Below, piece by piece: positions 58,568 through 64,000 of a DNA stretch of 64,000 nucleotides (positions are counted from its first letter, which is position 1; each line of letters starts with the position of its first letter). The translations under genes and the position numbers were made by a program. Below the pieces are notes generated by a model. The model saw nothing but the letters and a program-made list of their open reading frames with translations, did not search any database and had not been told where the DNA came from. The DNA is taken from assembly GCA_963675245.1 (NCBI GenBank), contig OY775910.1, positions 448,001 through 512,000 on the forward strand, in the 5' to 3' direction. Origin of the DNA: Acholeplasmataceae bacterium (lineage in GTDB: Bacteria; Bacillota_I; Bacilli_A; Acholeplasmatales; Acholeplasmataceae).

Positions 58568-60028
58568 CTAGAATAGTGATTTAACAGTTGGATAAATTTT
58601 TACGAACTGTTTATATTTTTCTTGATATAATGCCACTTGATCCAATTGAGGTTCAAATACTTTTTCGATTTTAATCATTTGTTGACAAGCTTCTTCTACG
58701 TTTTGATAAACGCCTGATCCTACCATCGCTAAGATCGCAGCACCATAAGCTGGTCCTTCGTTTGAGGTGGTTCTAACCACTCTTGCATCCATGATGTCTG
58801 AAACAATCTGACACCATATATCATTTTGTGCACCGCCACCTGTTATTTTTATTTCTTTTATGTTGATTCCTAAGTCTTTAATCAGGCACATAGAATCATT
58901 TAAAGCAAATGTGACACCTTCAATTAAAGCTCTCCCCATATCAAATATGGTATGTTTTGCCGATAGACCCAAAAAGACGCCCTTAGCATTAGGATCGTTG
59001 ATTGGTGCTCTTTCTCCCATTAAATATGGTAGGAAAAATAAGTGTTCTTTGGGATCGGCATTTTCGATACCATTATACATCTCTTTAAATGAAATGTCTT
59101 TTATTATTTTTCTAAACCAACTCACTGATCCAGCTGCACTAAGCATAACAGCCATCAAATGATACTTACCGTTTGCGTGAGCATAACTCTGTAAATGACT
59201 CTTATAATCTGGGAAAAATTTGTTTGATGAGACAAAGATAACACCGGATGTGCCAAGTGAAATACTCACATCACCATCATTAACAACACCAAGCCCTATA
59301 GCACCTGCTGCTTGGTCACCTGCACCAGCAATAACATTCACATGTTGCGTGATTTTTAAATAACCTTTAACTGATTCCGTTAAATCACCTACAACATCAC
59401 TGCTTTCAACAATCGTTGGGAAACATGATAAATCTAATCCCGTAAGTGAAATAATATCTTTTGCATATTGTCTGTGATTAACGTCATACCATAACGTACC
59501 TGATGCGTCACTGACTTCTGAAACAAACTTTCCTGTTAACTTGTACACTAAATAATCTTTAGGTAACATGATTTTTGCAATCCGTTTAAAATGTTCAGGT
59601 TCATGTTTTTTAACCCATAACAATTTAGGTAATGTTAATCCAGTAACAGCGATATTTCCAGTTGACTTCATTAGCTGATCAATACCAAATTCATTATTTA
59701 GAAAATCAACTTCTTCTACAGTTCGTTGATCATTCCATAAAATAGCTGGTCTAATAATGTCATCATTTTCATCTAGTAAGGTCAATCCATGCATCTGTCC
59801 AGAAAAACTAATCCCTTTAATCACTGGTTCATTTCCTTGAATGATTTCTTTAAGTGCTGAAAATGTTTGATGATACCATTGATGAGGATCCTGTTCACTC
59901 CAGGAAGCTTTTTCCATGTTGACATCGAAACTTCTACTGACTGTATTTAGTATGTTGCCTAAGTGATCCACAAGGATTAACTTGACGCTTGATGTGCCTA
60001 GATCGATACCAACGAACATGTATTTCAC
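58568..60028 (-). CDS. xylB: Xylulokinase
   Basis: GIDLGTSSVK, SGQMHG, LWNDQR, GDQAAGA, PYLMGER; adjacent to xylA. Confidence 0.93.
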   Translation of the reverse strand: MKYMFVGIDLGTSSVKLILVDHLGNILNTVSRSFDVNMEKASWSEQDPHQWYHQTFSALKEIIQGNEPVIKGISFSGQMHGLTLLDENDDIIRPAILWNDQRTVEEVDFLNNEFGIDQLMKSTGNIAVTGLTLPKLLWVKKHEPEHFKRIAKIMLPKDYLVYKLTGKFVSEVSDASGTLWYDVNHRQYAKDIISLTGLDLSCFPTIVESSDVVGDLTESVKGYLKITQHVNVIAGAGDQAAGAIGLGVVNDGDVSISLGTSGVIFVSSNKFFPDYKSHLQSYAHANGKYHLMAVMLSAAGSVSWFRKIIKDISFKEMYNGIENADPKEHLFFLPYLMGERAPINDPNAKGVFLGLSAKHTIFDMGRALIEGVTFALNDSMCLIKDLGINIKEIKITGGGAQNDIWCQIVSDIMDARVVRTTSNEGPAYGAAILAMVGSGVYQNVEEACQQMIKIEKVFEPQLDQVALYQEKYKQFVKIYPTVKSLF

Positions 60029-61342
60029 CTACCCTAGTAAATACTGATTTATAATTGACTCCAATAATTCTTGACGACCAGATTCATTCGGTTCCAAATC
60101 GCCTTTTTCTAAGACATATTTTTCAAGTTTCTTGAAGTCGACTTTACCTTCTTCAATCGCTTTACCAATGCCATCATTGTATGATGCATAACGTTGATCT
60201 ATCAATTTTTCTAATACTTTATCTTCCCAAAGCTTCGCTGCAATTTTTAAACCTGCTGCGAATGCGTCCATACCAGCGATATGTGACAAGACTAAGTCAT
60301 CTAATTCGAATGAAGCTCTTCTTGGTTTTGCATCAAAGTTTAAACCACCAGAAGATAGACCACCACCACGAATAATTTCATACATCGCCATCGTCGTATC
60401 ATAAATGTTTGTAGGAAATTGATCGGTATCCCAACCAAGTAACATATCTCCTTGATTGGCATCAACACTACCTAACATACCCGCATCAACTGCTAGTCTT
60501 AGTTCATGTTGCATCGTATGTCCTGCAAGTGTTGCATGATTCGCTTCAATGTTTAACTTAAAGTGTTTATCTAATCCGTGTTGTCTTAAAAATGATAAGA
60601 CGGTTGCACTGTCATAATCATATTGATGTTTTGTTGGTTCTTTTGGTTTAGGTTCAATATATAACTGACCCTTAAATCCGATTTCTTTTTTATAGTCTAC
60701 TGCTAACCATAACAATTTAGCAAAATGTGCTTGTTCGCGTTTCATATCTGTATTTAATAATGTTTCATAACCTTCTCGACCACCCCAGAATGTATAACCA
60801 CTACCATTCAAACGGTGAGTAAGTTCCATGGCTTTTTTAATTTGAGCAGCCGTAAATGCGAAGACATCAGCGTTAGGAGATGTGCTTGCACCATTAACGA
60901 AACGTGCATTAGAGAATGTGTTTGCAGTTCCCCATAATAGTTTAATACCCGTTTCTTTCATCTTCTTTTCGATTTTGTCAGCAACAACATCTAATCGTCT
61001 GTTTGTTTCAGCTAAAGAGTCCGCTTCTGGTGCGATGTCACGGTCATGAAAACAAAAATATTCAATGCCTAACTTTTGCATAAACTCAAATGCTGCGTCG
61101 ACTCTATTTAAAGCTTGATCCATTGGATCTACATCTTTATTCCAAGGTCTATCAAAGAAAGGATCACCAAACATGTCTATCCCTAACCATTTGAATGTAT
61201 GCCAATAAGCGACTGAAAATTTCAAGTGATCCTTCATTGGTTTACCTAAAACGATAGCGTCTTTATCATAAAACTTAAACGCGAAAGGGTTCTTACTGTT
61301 TTTTCCTTCATACTTAATTTCTTTAATTTGATCAAAATACAT
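60029..61342 (-). CDS. xylA: Xylose isomerase (class II)
   Basis: [38 protein letters not shown]. Confidence 0.97.
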   Translation of the reverse strand: MYFDQIKEIKYEGKNSKNPFAFKFYDKDAIVLGKPMKDHLKFSVAYWHTFKWLGIDMFGDPFFDRPWNKDVDPMDQALNRVDAAFEFMQKLGIEYFCFHDRDIAPEADSLAETNRRLDVVADKIEKKMKETGIKLLWGTANTFSNARFVNGASTSPNADVFAFTAAQIKKAMELTHRLNGSGYTFWGGREGYETLLNTDMKREQAHFAKLLWLAVDYKKEIGFKGQLYIEPKPKEPTKHQYDYDSATVLSFLRQHGLDKHFKLNIEANHATLAGHTMQHELRLAVDAGMLGSVDANQGDMLLGWDTDQFPTNIYDTTMAMYEIIRGGGLSSGGLNFDAKPRRASFELDDLVLSHIAGMDAFAAGLKIAAKLWEDKVLEKLIDQRYASYNDGIGKAIEEGKVDFKKLEKYVLEKGDLEPNESGRQELLESIINQYLLG

Positions 61343-61390
61343 GGTTAATGCTCCTTTTTAAAAAATTTTAATGTTTGAGATTTATGCACA

Positions 61391-61419
61391 TTGTTTAATC
61401 ATAAAACTTTATGTATAAT
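61391..61419 (+). promoter_or_regulatory. Promoter of xylR
   Basis: TTGTTT-17 nt-TATAAT upstream of the GAGGT RBS. Confidence 0.6.
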
Positions 61420-61442
61420 GAGAGAAAGCGAGGTAATCACTT

Positions 61443-62603
61443 ATGAAAACGGGTAATGCTCAATCGATCAAATTAATCAATACACGTCTTGTGCTTGAAC
61501 AACTCATCGAACATCATGAGACAACACGCATTGAAATTGCACGTCGTACAACACTTAATAAAGCAACTGTTTCTTCAATTGTTGCCGAACTCGTCGACAG
61601 ACAATTCGTCTTAGAAACATCTAAGATTATTAAGACGGCTGGTCGAAGTGCCAACATTCTCGCTTTAAATAAAAATGCAGGTCGAATCTTCTCTTTAGAA
61701 TTACTTCCTAGAAGCATATATGCGATTATCACAAACCTTTATGGGAAAATCGTTTATGAAACGACGAGGCCAGTGGATAATCCAGAATTTAGTGCATATA
61801 TTAACGTCGTTTTCGACGTCATCGATGAATTGAAAGGTCAGACATTTGATTCTGTCTATGGTGTCATCGGTATTGGTGTCGGTGTTTATGGCATCTTATC
61901 CAAAGATAAGAAAATTAAATTTTCAACATTTAACTCATGGCGAGACATTGAACTTAAATCCATTATCGAAAACCATACTGGTATCGATACGTATATTGAA
62001 AATGAAGCGAATATCTCTGCATTAGGTGAACGAATCGTTTATCCTAATTTTGATAACATCGTGTCTTTAAATATTGGCGCCGGTGTCGGTACAGGTATTA
62101 TCATTAACAATAAATTATATACAGGCAATGATGGATACGCTGGTGAATTTGGTCATACGATTGTTGTTCCTAATGGAAAGCATTGCATCTGCGGTAACTA
62201 TGGCTGCTTAGAACGTTATATTGCTGATGATGCTGTCATTGAACGTTATTTTGAACTTGCCAATGAAACAGTGACCTTAAAGACATTAATTGATAAATTC
62301 AAACAAGGTAATCCTTATGCCATTCAAGTATATGATGAATTTATTAACTATTTGTCAATCGCTGTTAATAATCTAGCCCAAACTTTAAACCCTAAAGCAC
62401 TTGTGATCAACAGTCTCATTGTAGAAATGATTCCAGAAAGTATTCAACTCATTAAGGGAAATCTTCATTCAAAAATATTGAACCTAGATTTACTCACAAC
62501 ATCTACTTTCAAGTCAAAACGGAATGTTTTAGGATTAACACATCTACTCATTCAGCATTTTTACGATATCGTTAATTACTCTCCTAAACTCGCAAAAAAA
62601 TAA
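61443..62603 (+). CDS. xylR: ROK-family xylose repressor
   Basis: N-terminal HTH, IENEAN, GVGTG, GEFGH..V...G..CICGNYGCLE; divergent from xylA. Confidence 0.85.
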   Translation: MKTGNAQSIKLINTRLVLEQLIEHHETTRIEIARRTTLNKATVSSIVAELVDRQFVLETSKIIKTAGRSANILALNKNAGRIFSLELLPRSIYAIITNLYGKIVYETTRPVDNPEFSAYINVVFDVIDELKGQTFDSVYGVIGIGVGVYGILSKDKKIKFSTFNSWRDIELKSIIENHTGIDTYIENEANISALGERIVYPNFDNIVSLNIGAGVGTGIIINNKLYTGNDGYAGEFGHTIVVPNGKHCICGNYGCLERYIADDAVIERYFELANETVTLKTLIDKFKQGNPYAIQVYDEFINYLSIAVNNLAQTLNPKALVINSLIVEMIPESIQLIKGNLHSKILNLDLLTTSTFKSKRNVLGLTHLLIQHFYDIVNYSPKLAKK

Positions 62604-62636
62604 CAAGTCTTTAATTAACGATACCGTTTTAATTTA

Positions 62637-62684
62637 AGTTAGCGCTTTCAAAGTTAGTTTAACACTTATACTATGTTTTGTCAA
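62637..62684 (-). promoter_or_regulatory. SigA promoter with a cre/LacI-type operator, facing antisense into xylR
   Basis: TTGACA (62684-62679)-17 nt-TAAACT (62661-62656) with TGn extension; TGAAAGCGCTAACT at 62650-62637. Confidence 0.6.
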
Positions 62685-62712
62685 TGTTTTTTTGTTGATA
62701 TTTTTTTTCATA

Positions 62713-62739
62713 ATAAAAGGCCTTTATAAGGCCTTTTAT
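62713..62739 (-). terminator. Terminator after the SDR gene
   Basis: ATAAAAGGCCTT-TAT-AAGGCCTTTTAT. Confidence 0.75.
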
Positions 62740-62778
62740 CTTTCATAATATCAACTATTCATCCGTGTTTTCATGTTT

Positions 62779-63591
62779 TTAATTCTGCTTTAAATTCGTA
62801 AATCCATATAATTTATCAATGAGCCAGTGCACAAAACGTGAAGGCAATAAGCGATTAAGCAACAAGAATACTTTGTACTTAAAACCTATAATTTTATGAA
62901 GCGGCATTCTTCTTCTCTCAACCAATCTACCAATAACCTTACCCGCATCACTCGCATCAATACCATTTTGTTCATCCGTTTCCATAACTTTCAGTGATTT
63001 GATAAATCGTCTTCGATATTTAGAACTTTCTTCTTTGTTTTTAACGCGATTTTGTGTGAATCCCGTTTTAATATCTCCTGGGAAAACTGTGCACACTTGA
63101 AAACCAAAAGGTTTTAATTCTATATCAAGTGCATCTGATAAAGCTTCTACTGCAGCTTTTGAACTACTATAAAATGCCTGAAAAGGAATAGAAAATCTTC
63201 CAGCCACAGATCCTAGATTAATGATTTTAGGCTTTTTCACAACGTGCATATAAGGCAGTGCGGCTTTTACAGAATAAAAAACACCCATGAGATTGACATC
63301 AAAAATATAATTGGCATCTTCAATGGTCGTTTCTTCAACACTACCTGCAATACCCATGCCTGCGTTATTGATTAAAACATCAATACGACCTTCAACATCA
63401 AATATATCTTTATAAGCTAATTTAAGTTGTTCAAAATCTTTCACATTTGCTTGAATGGCATTCACACCTTTAGCAACCGTTTTTGATCTAGCTACACCAT
63501 AAACAATATGGCCTTTATTTGCTAGATAAGCTGCAGTTGATAACCCAATGCCTGAAGATGCGCCTGTGATTACAATGACCTTTTGTTTCAT
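62779..63591 (-). CDS. Short-chain dehydrogenase/reductase
   Basis: TGASSGIG, NNAG, YSSSK. Confidence 0.92.
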   Translation of the reverse strand: MKQKVIVITGASSGIGLSTAAYLANKGHIVYGVARSKTVAKGVNAIQANVKDFEQLKLAYKDIFDVEGRIDVLINNAGMGIAGSVEETTIEDANYIFDVNLMGVFYSVKAALPYMHVVKKPKIINLGSVAGRFSIPFQAFYSSSKAAVEALSDALDIELKPFGFQVCTVFPGDIKTGFTQNRVKNKEESSKYRRRFIKSLKVMETDEQNGIDASDAGKVIGRLVERRRMPLHKIIGFKYKVFLLLNRLLPSRFVHWLIDKLYGFTNLKQN

Positions 63592-64000
63592 TAATCTAAT
63601 ATATCCTTCGTTTCTTCTAAGACTTCTACAATATGTTTGATGGCTTCATCCATGAGTTCTTTTGTATGTGTTGCAGTATAAGATGTTCTAATTAAACATT
63701 CCCCCGCAGGTGCTGCAGGTGGCACAACAGGATTGACATAAACCCCACGTTCAAATAACATATTGCAAGCGATGATTGTTCGCATTTGCGTATAGGTATA
63801 TATCGGGATAATTGGTACTTTTGATTCTCTCATTTCAATCCCTTTTTCATGAAGTCCTTTACGCATATAATCAGCGATATTTAAAAGATTATGTGCACGT
63901 TCTGGTTCTCTTTTTAAAACCCTTAGTGCAGCAAGCGCAGCTGCTGTATTTGGTGCTGGAATCGCAGCAGAGAAAATATAGGGTCTTGAATTGTGTCTAA
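63591..64000 (-). CDS. Alpha-oxoamine synthase family PLP enzyme, serine palmitoyltransferase-like (5' part outside the window)
   Basis: Frame open to the edge: RHNSRPYIFSAAIPAPNTAAALAAL...EPER...PIIPIY...GVYVNPVVPPA...LIRTSYTATHT. Confidence 0.75.
   Translation of the reverse strand, partial: RHNSRPYIFSAAIPAPNTAAALAALRVLKREPERAHNLLNIADYMRKGLHEKGIEMRESKVPIIPIYTYTQMRTIIACNMLFERGVYVNPVVPPAAPAGECLIRTSYTATHTKELMDEAIKHIVEVLEETKDILD

Noticed and set aside
61369..61410. XylR operator in the xylA-xylR gap (AATGTTTG...TGCACATT; GTTT...AAAC)
   Set aside because: Only weak, wrongly spaced similarity to the Firmicute XylR palindrome in very AT-rich DNA.
9750..63999. Many 60-130 aa ORFs antisense to or overlapping long genes (e.g. 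10353-10751, 55305-55607, 56289-56639, 58860-59162, 63812-64000)
   Set aside because: They lie opposite or inside well-supported genes, have no RBS or motifs, and have the composition expected of shadow frames.
1..64000. Use of genetic code 4 (TGA = Trp)
   Set aside because: Conserved genes are full length under code 11 and several end at TGA with ATGA coupling to the next gene.

Overview
Chromosomal window from a low-GC bacterium that uses genetic code 11 (TGA is a stop). It is most likely an Acholeplasmatales/Izemoplasmatales-type mollicute, inferred from the GdpP-L9 fusion and the tuf/rpsL sequences. Left third (1-16.6 kb): an AT-rich anti-phage island with a Hachiman-like nuclease + Ski2-like helicase pair (the helicase runs off the window and is absent from the ORF track), an MFS gene, and a tightly packed 8-gene minus-strand operon: DUF2075 nuclease-helicase, AIPR-HRDC fusion, MTaX1-like small protein, C5 DNA methyltransferase, MORC/GHKL ATPase, Z1 helicase, DUF4420-like nuclease, and a 685-aa helical protein with a C-terminal HEPN (RxxxxH) motif. 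17.4-28.1 kb: a 13-gene Mrp-antiporter/complex-I-like operon of Mbx/MBS type whose NuoD-like subunit keeps two MBS-type cysteines and whose NuoI-like subunit is fused to a GltD/NfnB-like flavoprotein. The rest is metabolism and housekeeping: glycerate kinase, ppk1/ppx, hsp20 with CIRCE, DEAD-box helicase, dnaB, gdpP-rplI fusion, rpsF-ssb-rpsR, htrA, tatD, the str operon, a Ca-loop repeat lipoprotein, a xylose locus with a promoter pointing antisense into xylR, and an SPT-like PLP enzyme + SDR pair at the right edge. No rRNA, tRNA, CRISPR array, transposase or integrase was recognised. All family calls come from reading motifs by eye; no database searches were run.
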